From: Gaiellaceae bacterium
GTDB lineage: Bacteria > Actinomycetota > Thermoleophilia > Gaiellales > Gaiellaceae
Direction of reading: 5' to 3'
Assembly (NCBI GenBank): GCA_035941215.1
Contig: DASZEE010000005.1
Location: 1 to 48,623 of the forward strand
DNA: 48,623 nt
The notes under the pieces were generated by a model. The model did no database searches. It was not told where the DNA came from and saw nothing but the letters and a program-made list of their open reading frames with translations. This document shows positions 1 through 8,007 of this stretch, in pieces; the stretch's first letter is position 1; every line of letters starts with the position of its first letter. The translations under genes were made by a program, and so were the position numbers.

Positions 1-399
1 GACGGCCTCCGGAAGGTGCTGCACGAGGTCTCCGCCGCGCGCGACGTTCAGAACCTGAGACCCCCGGCAGATGGCGAGCACGGGCATGTCTCGGTCGAGC
101 GCCGCCTTCAGCATCCGGAGCTCGGCCGCGTCGCGCGCCGCCCTGGGCGCGTCCGTCTCCGGATGCGGCTCCGCGTCGTAGAGCCTGGGGTCGAGATCGC
201 CGCCGCCCGAGAAGATCACGCCGTCGAGCGCGGCGAGAGTCTCGTCGAGGCCGTCCTCGGCGGGAGGAACGACGAGCGCCCGCCCGCCAGCCTTCTCCAC
301 GGCGCGGACGTACGAGAGCGGCACGAGCGCGGCCTCCTCGGTCCAGACGCCCCAGCGGATCTCCTCCGCGTACGACGTGATCCCGATCAGCGGCCTCAT
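1..399 (-). CDS. Class I glutamine amidotransferase / gamma-glutamyl-gamma-aminobutyrate hydrolase-like protein (peptidase C26 type). N-terminal part only; the gene runs off the left edge.
   Basis: Own minus-strand translation from ATG (399-397): MRPLIGITSYAEEIRWGVWTEEAALVPLSYVRAVEKAGGRALVVPP..GVIFSGGGDLDP..MPVLAICRGSQVLNVARGG, with the nucleophile Cys in AICRG. It is absent from the ORF track because there is no stop in the window. The listed + ORF 16..429 is its antisense shadow. ATGA overlap with the stop of the GS-like gene. Confidence 0.8.
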   Translation of the reverse strand, partial: MRPLIGITSYAEEIRWGVWTEEAALVPLSYVRAVEKAGGRALVVPPAEDGLDETLAALDGVIFSGGGDLDPRLYDAEPHPETDAPRAARDAAELRMLKAALDRDMPVLAICRGSQVLNVARGGDLVQHLPEAV

Positions 400-1727
400 C
401 CGCGCTCGAACAGCCGCTCGCGCTCGTAGCAGGTGACGACCTCGTCGAAGAGGCGCTGCTCCGTGCGCGCGTAGTTGAGGTAGTGGTCGACGACCTCGTC
501 GCCGAGCGCCTGCCGCGCGACCGAACCGCCCTCGAGCGCGGCGATCGCCTCGCGCAGCGACTGCGGGAAGCGCTCCGCGTCAGACTCGTACGCGTTGCCC
601 TCGAGCGGAGGAGGCAGCTCGAGCTCGTTCTCGATCCCGTGGAGCCCGGCGGCGAGCAGCGCGGCGAAGGCAAGGTATGGGTTGACGTCGCCGCCCGGGA
701 TCCGCGTCTCGGTCCGCAGGGCCTGCCCCTGACCGACGATCCGGAAGCCGCAGGTCCGGTTGTCGTGGCCCCAGGCGAGCGTCGTCGGTGCCCAGCTGCC
801 CGCCGCGAAGCGCTTGTACGAGTTGATCGTCGGTGCGACGAAGACCGCCATTTCCTTGAGCGCCGCGATCTGGCCGGCCAGGTACTGCTTGAACACGTCG
901 GACTCTCCGGCGAAGGCATTTTCGTCGTCCTTCCAGAGGCTCGAGTGGATGTGGCACGAGCTCCCGATCCACGTGTGATCCGGCTTCGCCATGAACGTGA
1001 CCGAGCAGCCGTTCAGGTGCGCGATCTCCTTGGCGCCGTTCTTGTAGATCACGTGGTTGTCCGCCATCGTCACCGCGTCGGCGTAGCGGAAGTTGATCTC
1101 GTGCTGTCCGGGCCAGGCCTCGCCCTTGGAGGTCTCCACTCGAATCCCGGCGCCGTGCATCCCGTTGCGGATCTGGCGGATCAGAGGCTCGTCGTAGGTC
1201 GAGGCGAGGATGTGGTAGTCGAGGATGTACGGCACCGACGGCGTCAGGTCGCGGTAGTGCTTCGCGTGCGCCTCCTCGTAGCTCTCCTTGAGCAGGAAGA
1301 ACTCGAGCTCGGAGCCGAACTTCGGTGTGTAGCCGAGCGCCTCGGCGCGCGTGACCTGTGCCTTCAGGACCTGTCTCGGCGAGGGCCCGATGTCGTTGCC
1401 GTCGTGAGCGAGCACATCGGAGAGCACGAGCGCGGTCCCTTCGAGCCACGGGATGCGGCGCAGGGTCGCCAGGTCCGGCGTCAGCCGGAAGTCGCCGTAG
1501 CCCTGATCCCAGCTCGCGAGGTCGTAACCCGGGACCGGATCCATTTCCATCTCGAGCGCGAGCAGGTAGTCGCAGCTCTCGATGCCGTGGTCGACCGCCT
1601 CCTCGAGAAAGAACTCCGCGTGCAGGCGCTTCCCCATCAGGCGGCCTTGCATGTCGGTGAAGGCGACGACGACGGTGTCGATCGCGCCGCTCTCGACCTC
1701 CGACCGCAGCTCTTCGAGAGAGATCAC
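396..1727 (-). CDS. Glutamine synthetase family protein (gamma-glutamyl-amine / polyamine synthetase type, GlnA3/PuuA-like)
   Basis: 443 aa. N-terminal beta-grasp (IDTVVVAFTDMQGRLMGKRL) and a GS catalytic domain (GSELEFFL, EINFRY, MAKP..GSSCHIHSSLW, NSYKR, R.E.R.P). Start overlaps the stop of the upstream HAD gene (1724-1727). Confidence 0.85.
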   Translation of the reverse strand: MISLEELRSEVESGAIDTVVVAFTDMQGRLMGKRLHAEFFLEEAVDHGIESCDYLLALEMEMDPVPGYDLASWDQGYGDFRLTPDLATLRRIPWLEGTALVLSDVLAHDGNDIGPSPRQVLKAQVTRAEALGYTPKFGSELEFFLLKESYEEAHAKHYRDLTPSVPYILDYHILASTYDEPLIRQIRNGMHGAGIRVETSKGEAWPGQHEINFRYADAVTMADNHVIYKNGAKEIAHLNGCSVTFMAKPDHTWIGSSCHIHSSLWKDDENAFAGESDVFKQYLAGQIAALKEMAVFVAPTINSYKRFAAGSWAPTTLAWGHDNRTCGFRIVGQGQALRTETRIPGGDVNPYLAFAALLAAGLHGIENELELPPPLEGNAYESDAERFPQSLREAIAALEGGSVARQALGDEVVDHYLNYARTEQRLFDEVVTCYERERLFERG

Positions 1728-2350
1728 GACCGCGAGAGTAGACCGGCGATCAGGTCTCGATCAAACCGGTCGGCGATTTCGTCGGCCTCCGAGAGCCGTT
1801 CCGCCTGGAGGGTCGTCGTCACTGCGGCGCAGTACAGGCCGGCGGCCTTCGCCGCCTTCACGCCGGCCTCGGAGTCCTCGACGGCGGCAGCCTGCGCAGC
1901 CGGGACCCCGAGCAAATGGAGTGCGATCAGGTATCCCTCAGGGTCGGGCTTGCTGCGTCGGATGTCGTCCGAGGCGACGATCGCCGTGACTGATTCCAGG
2001 AGACCGGTCTTGGCGAGTACGGGCTCGATCTCCGCCCGCGCAGAGCCCGAGACGACCGCGACCGAAGCGCGGCCGGCAGCGTACGCGACGGCGTCGCGGG
2101 CCTCTTGGGTCACCGTCGATCCGTCCGCTAGCTCCGTATAGCGCTCCATCTTCCGCTCGACGAGCGCCGGATCGTCCCGCCCAAGCCACACCTGGACGAT
2201 CTCGCGATCCGCCAGCCCGGCGAGCCCCTCGTAGTACTCCTCCTCGGTCAGCGGCTTTCCCTCATCGGCGAAGAGCTCCATGAAAATCCGGCAGAGCAGT
2301 GGCTCGTCGTCAGAAAGCGTCCCGTTGAAGTCAAGGAGGAGCGCCTGCAC
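1724..2350 (-). CDS. HAD-superfamily hydrolase (phosphatase / beta-phosphoglucomutase-like subfamily IA)
   Basis: 208 aa. Motif I LLDFNGTL, motif II VVSGS, motif III/IV KPDPEGY...VEDSEAGVKAAKAAG. Confidence 0.8.
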   Translation of the reverse strand: MQALLLDFNGTLSDDEPLLCRIFMELFADEGKPLTEEEYYEGLAGLADREIVQVWLGRDDPALVERKMERYTELADGSTVTQEARDAVAYAAGRASVAVVSGSARAEIEPVLAKTGLLESVTAIVASDDIRRSKPDPEGYLIALHLLGVPAAQAAAVEDSEAGVKAAKAAGLYCAAVTTTLQAERLSEADEIADRFDRDLIAGLLSRS

Positions 2351-2372
2351 GCGGGCAGCTTAGGATCGCGCG

Positions 2373-3203
2373 ATGCGGGCGGAGCAGATAGCGGCGCGCG
2401 TCTGGCCCGATCGGGAGCTCGAAATCGAGCCGCTCGGCGGCGGCATCACCAACCACAACTTCGTCGTCCGCGTCGACGAGAAGGCGTACGTCCTCCGGAT
2501 CGCGGGCGCCGACACCGGTCTCCTCGGAATCGACCGCGCAGCCGAGCACGAGGCCGCGCGCATCGCGGCGGAGCTCGGCGTCGGGCCCGAGGTCGTCGAC
2601 TTCGTCGAGGGCTCGCTGATCACGTGCTTCGTCGAGGGCGGCATCGTCCCGGTCGAGGAAATCCGCCGGCCGGGATGCCTGCGCGAGGTCGCCGGGCTGC
2701 TTCGGCGCATCCACGACGGCCCGGCGTTCCCCGCCAGATTCGACGCTTTCCGCGTCGTCGAGATCTATCGCGAGACAGCGGCCGCGCACGGCGTCCGCAT
2801 CCCGCCCCAGTTCGCACAGGCCAAGGCCCGCGCCGACGAGATCGAGCGTACCCTCGGCCCGCGGCCGGAGCAGCCGTGCCACAACGACCTGCTGAACGCC
2901 AACTTCATCCGGTCGCGCAACGGGATCCGGATCGTCGACTGGGAGTACGCGGGCATGGGCGACCCCTTCTTCGACCTCGCGAACTTCTCCGTGAACCACG
3001 AGCTGTCGGAGCAGGAGAGCGACGAGCTGCTCGAGGCCTACTTCGGCGAGCTCCGTCTCGAGGACCGCGAGCACCTCCGGCTGATGCGGTTCATGTCCGA
3101 CTTCCGCGAGGCGATGTGGGGCGTCCTCCAGCAGGGGATCTCGAAACTCGATTTCGACTACGAGGACTACGCGAACCGGCACTTCGAGCGGGCGCTCTCG
3201 TGA
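2373..3203 (+). CDS. Choline/ethanolamine kinase family phosphotransferase
   Basis: 276 aa. GGGITNHNF nucleotide loop, Brenner motif CHNDLLNANFI and the choline-kinase motif IVDWEYAGMGDPFFDLANF. Confidence 0.8.
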   Translation: MRAEQIAARVWPDRELEIEPLGGGITNHNFVVRVDEKAYVLRIAGADTGLLGIDRAAEHEAARIAAELGVGPEVVDFVEGSLITCFVEGGIVPVEEIRRPGCLREVAGLLRRIHDGPAFPARFDAFRVVEIYRETAAAHGVRIPPQFAQAKARADEIERTLGPRPEQPCHNDLLNANFIRSRNGIRIVDWEYAGMGDPFFDLANFSVNHELSEQESDELLEAYFGELRLEDREHLRLMRFMSDFREAMWGVLQQGISKLDFDYEDYANRHFERALS

Positions 3204-5602
3204 AGGACCGGGCACAGGTCGTCGTCGTCGGCGGCGGCGTCGGCGGGTGCGCCGTCCTCTACTGGCTGACGAAACTCGGCTGGGACGACGTCGTGCTCGT
3301 GGAGCGCGCCGACCTGACGAGCGGCTCCACTTTCCATTCAGCGGGCCTCGTCGGCCAGCTCCGCGGCTCGCTGAGCCTCACGAAGATGATGATGAGCAGC
3401 GTCGACCTCTACCGGACGCTCGGCGACGAGGTCGGCCTCGAGACCGGTTGGCACGAGGTCGGCTCCCTCCGTCTCGCCTCGTCGGAGGAGCGGATGGAGG
3501 AGCTCGCACGCCAGGCAGGCTGGGCGAAGACCTTCGGCCTCCCGCTGGAGCTGATCTCGGCGGATGAGGCGCAGCGGCTCTTCCCGCCGATGTCCACCGA
3601 CGGCGTTCGCGGCGCCGCCTACCTCCCCACCGACGGCTACATCGACCCCAGCCAGCTCACCTTCGCTCTCGCCGAGGGCGCCAGGCGCGGCGGCGCCGAG
3701 ATCGAGACGAAGACGCGGGTGACGGCGATTGTGGTCGAGCGCGGCCGTGTCCAGGCCGTCGAGACCGACAAGGGCCGCATCGAGACGGAGATCGTCGTCA
3801 ACGCCGGCGGGATGTTCGCCGCCGAGATCGGCGCACTCGCAAGGGTCGTCGTCCCGGTGATCCCGATGGCGCACGAATACCTCGTCACTCGACCGGCCGA
3901 TCTCCCACTCGAGCTGCCGACGATGCGCGATCCGTCGCTGCTCGTCTACTTCCGCGGCGAGTCCGGGGGCCTGGTGATGGGCGGCTACGAGCGGCACCCG
4001 GCGCCGTGGGGCCTCGACGGCATCCCTCCGGACTTCAACGGACGGCTGCTGGAGGAGGACTGGGACCGGTTCCAGGAGCTGATGGAGAACGCGATCGTCC
4101 GGGTTCCGATGCTGGAGGACGCCGAGGTGCTCCGGCTGATCAACGGCCCGGAGGCGTTCACGCCGGACGGCGAGTTCATCCTCGGCCCGACCGACGTGCG
4201 GGGCTTCTGGGTCGCCGCGGGGTTCTGCGCCCATGGTTTGGCCGGCGCCGGCGGGATGGGGAAGCTCGTGGCCGAGTGGATCGTCGAGGGGATCCCTAGC
4301 CTCGACGTCTGGGAGATGGACTCGCGGCGGTTCGGCCGCCACTACCGGAGCCGCGACTACACCCTCGCCCGCACGCTCGAGGTCTATTCGACGTACTACG
4401 ACGTCAAGTACCCCGGCCACGAGCGCAGCGCCGGCAGGCCGCTCCGCCTCTCCCCCGCGTACACGCGGCTCGCCGAGCTCGGCGCGGCCTTCGGCGAGAA
4501 GTCCGGCTGGGAGCGCGCGAACTGGTTCGAGCCGAACGCCGCCGCCGGGAACGAATCTCTCCGGCCGCGAGGCTGGGCGGGTCGCCTGTGGTCGCCCGCC
4601 GTCGGCGCGGAGCACAGAGCGACGCGGGAGTCGGCCGCGATCTTCGACGAGACGTCGTTCGCCAAGATCGAGGTGTCCGGCGAGGGGGCGGCGGACTTCC
4701 TGGAGCGCCTCTGCGACAACAAGGTCGTGCGAGACGTCGGCGCGATCACCTACACGTCGATGCTCAACGAGCGCGGCGGGATCGAGTGCGACTTCACGGT
4801 CACGCGACTCGCCGAGGACCGGTTCCGGATCGTCACCGGCACGGCATTCGGCCGGCACGACCTCGCCTGGATCCAGTCCCACGCGCCAGACGACGGCTCC
4901 GTCCGCGTCGAGGACGTCACCTCCCAGCTCGCCTGTCTGGGGGTCTGGGGGCCGCGATCGCGCGAGATCCTCGAGCCGCTCTCCGGTCCGCTCGACTTCC
5001 CGTACATGCGGTCGCGGGAGCTCGCGGTCGGCCCGGTGCCGTGCCTCGCCCTCCGCGTGACCTACGTCGGCGAGCTCGGCTGGGAGCTCTACTGCCCGAG
5101 CGAGTTCGGGCTCCGGCTTTGGGACGCGATCTGGGAGTCGGGCCGGGAGCATGGTCTCGTCCCAGGCGGCTACAGGGCGATCGACTCCTGCCGGCTCGAA
5201 AAGGGCTACCGGGTCTGGGGAGCGGACATCACCCCGGAGGACACGCCCTGGGAGGCCGGGCTCGGCTTCGCGGTCAAGCTCGACAAGGGCGACTTCCTCG
5301 GCCGCGAAGCGCTCGTGGACAGGAAAGAGCCCGAGCGGCTCCTGGTTTGCATCACGCTCGAGGACCCACGCGCCGTCGCGCTCGGATCGGAGCCGGTACG
5401 CATCGACGGCATCACGATCGGGCGGGTGACGAGCGGCGGGTACGGCTACACGGTCGAGCGCTCGATCGCGTACGCCTATGTCCCGGCCGAGCAGGCCGAG
5501 GTCGGAACGCCGGTCGAGATCGAGATCTTCGGGGACTGGATCGCCGGCGAGATCGCCCGGGAGCCGCTCTTCGATCCGGACGGGGAGCGGGTTCGTGCAT
5601 AG
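3200..5602 (+). CDS. FAD-dependent oxidoreductase fused to a GcvT-type aminomethyltransferase domain (dimethylglycine oxidase / sarcosine dehydrogenase family)
   Basis: Real start taken as GTG 3200, in frame with track ORF 2624..5602 and forming a GTGA overlap with the kinase stop. VVVVGGGVGGCAVLYWL dinucleotide fold at the N-terminus. The C-terminal half carries folate-binding GcvT-like segments (GPRSREILEPL, YVGELGWELY, LRLEKGY). About 800 aa. Confidence 0.85.
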   Translation: MKDRAQVVVVGGGVGGCAVLYWLTKLGWDDVVLVERADLTSGSTFHSAGLVGQLRGSLSLTKMMMSSVDLYRTLGDEVGLETGWHEVGSLRLASSEERMEELARQAGWAKTFGLPLELISADEAQRLFPPMSTDGVRGAAYLPTDGYIDPSQLTFALAEGARRGGAEIETKTRVTAIVVERGRVQAVETDKGRIETEIVVNAGGMFAAEIGALARVVVPVIPMAHEYLVTRPADLPLELPTMRDPSLLVYFRGESGGLVMGGYERHPAPWGLDGIPPDFNGRLLEEDWDRFQELMENAIVRVPMLEDAEVLRLINGPEAFTPDGEFILGPTDVRGFWVAAGFCAHGLAGAGGMGKLVAEWIVEGIPSLDVWEMDSRRFGRHYRSRDYTLARTLEVYSTYYDVKYPGHERSAGRPLRLSPAYTRLAELGAAFGEKSGWERANWFEPNAAAGNESLRPRGWAGRLWSPAVGAEHRATRESAAIFDETSFAKIEVSGEGAADFLERLCDNKVVRDVGAITYTSMLNERGGIECDFTVTRLAEDRFRIVTGTAFGRHDLAWIQSHAPDDGSVRVEDVTSQLACLGVWGPRSREILEPLSGPLDFPYMRSRELAVGPVPCLALRVTYVGELGWELYCPSEFGLRLWDAIWESGREHGLVPGGYRAIDSCRLEKGYRVWGADITPEDTPWEAGLGFAVKLDKGDFLGREALVDRKEPERLLVCITLEDPRAVALGSEPVRIDGITIGRVTSGGYGYTVERSIAYAYVPAEQAEVGTPVEIEIFGDWIAGEIAREPLFDPDGERVRA

Positions 5603-5641
5603 GGCAATTGACACGAACCCCGAAAAGGTGGGTCAATTGCC
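5589..5641 (+). promoter_or_regulatory. Two overlapping, mutually exclusive perfect inverted repeats at the oxidase/permease junction
   Basis: Hairpin A: GGGTTCGTG (5589-5597) pairs with CACGAACCC (5612-5620). Hairpin B: GGCAATTGAC (5603-5612) pairs with GTCAATTGCC (5632-5641). Position 5612 is shared, and the 5' arm of B lies in the loop of A. B ends 1 nt before the GTG at 5642. Confidence 0.4.
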
Positions 5642-7279
5642 GTGCCACGGCAACGACAACGGAGGGCTGCATTGAGTACCGAACCTGCGGCCGGCAGGCC
5701 AAGCGAGTACCTGGACGACGAGCGCCTGCTCCATCGGCTCGGCTACGCCCAGGAGTTGTTCCGCTCCATGGGCGGATTCCAGAACTTCGCGATCTCGTTC
5801 ACGATCATCTCCATCCTGGCGGGGTGCCTGACCTCGTACTTCATCGCGTTCAACAACGGCGGGCCGATCGCGGTTACCTGGGGCTGGCTGCTCGTCGGGG
5901 GGTTCTGCATCATCGTCGCGCTGGCGATGGCGGAGATCGCCTCGACGTTCCCGACCGCCGGCGGCCTCTACTACTGGGCGTCCCGTCTGGGAAGCCCCGC
6001 CTGGGGCTGGTTCACGGGGTGGTTCAACCTCCTCGGGCAGATCGCTGTCACGGCGGCGATCGGCTACGGCTGCGCCATCTTCTCGACCTCGCTCCTGAAT
6101 CTGGTCACGAACGGCAGCTACGGCAACACGCCGCGCTGGATCTTCTTCAGCTACAGCGTCATCCTCGCCGCGGCAGGCCTGATCAACATGATGAAGGTGC
6201 CGATCACGGCGATGCTGAACACGATCTCGGCCTGGTGGCACATGGCCGGCGTCCTCGTGATCGTCGGGATCCTGATCGTCGTCCCCGACAACCACCAGTC
6301 CGTCGGGTACGTGTTCGGCGAGACGATCAACAACTCGGGCTTCTCCGGGAGCAACTTCAACAGCATCGTCTTCTGGTTCGTGTTCGGGATCGGGCTGCTC
6401 ATGGCCCAGTACACGATCACGGGCTACGACGCGTCGGCGCACATGAGCGAGGAGACGCGACAGGCCTCGCGGGCGGCAGCGTGGGGCATCGTGATGTCCG
6501 TCGTCGTCTCCGTGATCTTCGGGTTCATCCTGCTCGTGGCGGTCACCTTCGCGGTACCGGACACCCAGGGCACGCTCGACGCGGTGGCCAACGCGGTGAC
6601 CTACATCTGGACGACGTCGATGTCGGAAGGATGGGCGGAGTTCCTGCTCTTCATCGCCGTCGTCGCGCAGACGTTCTGCACGATCGCCTCGGTCACCTCG
6701 GCGTCACGGATGAACTTCGCGTTCTCGCGCGACCGTGCGGTTCCCGGCCACCAGCTGTGGAGCAAGGTCTCGCGGAAAGAGCGCATCCCGATGTACTCGG
6801 TCTGGTTCATCGTCATCCTCTCGTGGGCGCTGATGCTCCCGACCCTGTCGAACGCGGCGGTCGGGTACCTGGTCGGCACCTCGATCGCGGTGATCGGGCT
6901 CTACATCGCGTTCGCCCTTCCGATCCTGCTGCGCCTGCGGCAGGGCGAGAACTTCGAGAAGGGAGCCTGGAGCCTCGGCAAGCACTACAAGTGGATCGAC
7001 GTCGTGGCACTGCTCTGGATCGCGTTGATCTGCATCCTCTTCCTGATGCCGACGGTCCCGACGGGGATCCCATGGAACGACGGCTTCGACTGGAACGTCG
7101 TCAACTACGCCCCGCTGACCGTGGGCGGATCCCTCCTGTTCTTCGGGGGCTGGTGGCTGATCTCCGCCAACAAGTGGTTCATCGGGCCGCGACGCCAGGG
7201 CACCGAGGAGGAGCTGGCGCGGATCGAGCGGGAGTACGAGCCGGGCCGCACGGCAACGACCGTTTCACCGGCGGAATAA
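5642..7279 (+). CDS. APC-superfamily permease (amino acid / choline-type transporter)
   Basis: 545 aa with about 12 hydrophobic segments. N-terminal signature LHRLGYAQELFRSMGGFQNFAISFTIISILAG is typical of amino acid/choline (ACT-like) permeases. The start (GTG 5642) is uncertain. Confidence 0.85.
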   Translation: MPRQRQRRAALSTEPAAGRPSEYLDDERLLHRLGYAQELFRSMGGFQNFAISFTIISILAGCLTSYFIAFNNGGPIAVTWGWLLVGGFCIIVALAMAEIASTFPTAGGLYYWASRLGSPAWGWFTGWFNLLGQIAVTAAIGYGCAIFSTSLLNLVTNGSYGNTPRWIFFSYSVILAAAGLINMMKVPITAMLNTISAWWHMAGVLVIVGILIVVPDNHQSVGYVFGETINNSGFSGSNFNSIVFWFVFGIGLLMAQYTITGYDASAHMSEETRQASRAAAWGIVMSVVVSVIFGFILLVAVTFAVPDTQGTLDAVANAVTYIWTTSMSEGWAEFLLFIAVVAQTFCTIASVTSASRMNFAFSRDRAVPGHQLWSKVSRKERIPMYSVWFIVILSWALMLPTLSNAAVGYLVGTSIAVIGLYIAFALPILLRLRQGENFEKGAWSLGKHYKWIDVVALLWIALICILFLMPTVPTGIPWNDGFDWNVVNYAPLTVGGSLLFFGGWWLISANKWFIGPRRQGTEEELARIEREYEPGRTATTVSPAE

Positions 7280-7297
7280 GCGCGTCACGACTTGGCG

Positions 7298-7325
7298 AGA
7301 GGGCGGGGCTTCGGCCCCGCTCTTT
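7298..7325. terminator. Bidirectional stem-loop between the convergent permease and small-protein genes
   Basis: Core GCGGGGC (7303-7309), loop TTCG, GCCCCGC (7314-7320). Extendable with G-U pairs. Followed by TCTTTCGTT. Confidence 0.55.
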
Positions 7326-7333
7326 CGTTGTCC

Positions 7334-7657
7334 CTACTCCACCAGGTGCTCGAACGCGTCGCGCTTGTCGACGACGAGGTAACGGTCGGACCGCACGACC
7401 ACGTGCTCGATTTCACCGTTCTCGTGACCGGGCACGACGGCGAAACGATCGCGCTGGCCGCGGACGTGCTCGTACTCCTCGAGCGTCATCAACAGACGGC
7501 TCTCGCACCCGTCGCCCTTCCCGCATTCGCACTGAAACTCGAACTGCTGCCCCGACTCGGCCCAGCCTGTCGCACGCTCGTCGATGGCGGCGATCTCATC
7601 GTTCACCGTGCGCATCAGAGCTTCGTTGCGGGCCTGCCGGTTGAGCCGCTCCTTCAC
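7334..7657 (-). CDS. Small conserved hypothetical protein, CEC..C..PGH family (paralogue 1 of 3 in this window)
   Basis: 107 aa. Shares N-E-x-x-x-R-x-x-N-[DE]-x-I, CEC-x5-C, YE-x-V-R, F-x-V-V-P-G-H-E and Y-x-V-V-x-K with the ORFs at 45586..45915 and 45922..46296. Confidence 0.75.
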   Translation of the reverse strand: MKERLNRQARNEALMRTVNDEIAAIDERATGWAESGQQFEFQCECGKGDGCESRLLMTLEEYEHVRGQRDRFAVVPGHENGEIEHVVVRSDRYLVVDKRDAFEHLVE

Positions 7658-7692
7658 GACCCGAATCTTACGACGCGTGCCGGGGGTTTCGG

Positions 7693-7992
7693 CTAGCCGA
7701 AGCCGAGGATGAATTTGGCGTCGTCGGACATCTTCTCCGGCGACCAGGGCGGATCCCAGGTCAGCTCGGTCTCGACCTCCTCGACGCCAGGGACTTCGGC
7801 GGTGACCTGGTTGATCTGCTCGTCGATCATCGGGCCGACCGGGCAGCCCATCGACGTGAGCGTGTAGATCACCTTCACCTTCGGCCCCTCGACCTCCACG
7901 TCGTACATGAGCCCGAGGTCGACGATGTCCATCCCGAGCTCGGGATCCTCCACTTGGCGGAGAGCCTCGACGACGTCATCTCTCGTTGCCAT
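7693..7992 (-). CDS. DUF59 / MIP18-family Fe-S cluster assembly protein (SufT-like)
   Basis: 99 aa. VEDPELGMDIVDLGLMY..TLTSMGCPVGPMI is the classic DUF59 signature with the conserved Cys. Confidence 0.85.
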   Translation of the reverse strand: MATRDDVVEALRQVEDPELGMDIVDLGLMYDVEVEGPKVKVIYTLTSMGCPVGPMIDEQINQVTAEVPGVEEVETELTWDPPWSPEKMSDDAKFILGFG

Positions 7993-8007
7993 GAGGGCAG
8001 CGTACCC

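Noticed and set aside
483-2141. 552-aa plus-strand ORF, together with 580..1449, 1358..1660 and 1582..1989
   Set aside because: It is antisense to or out of frame with the well-supported GS-like and HAD genes. The Arg/Pro/Ala-rich low-complexity translation is typical of shadow ORFs in GC-rich DNA.
2624-3199. N-terminal 192 codons of track ORF 2624..5602
   Set aside because: It overlaps the kinase gene in another frame and is Arg/Pro-rich. The FAD dinucleotide fold begins right after GTG 3200, which forms a GTGA overlap with the kinase stop.
4588-7644. 1018-aa plus-strand ORF spanning the oxidase 3' end, the permease and the small-protein gene
   Set aside because: It is out of frame with two strongly supported genes. 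The translation is Arg/Gly/Pro-rich with no motifs, and it crosses an intergenic terminator.
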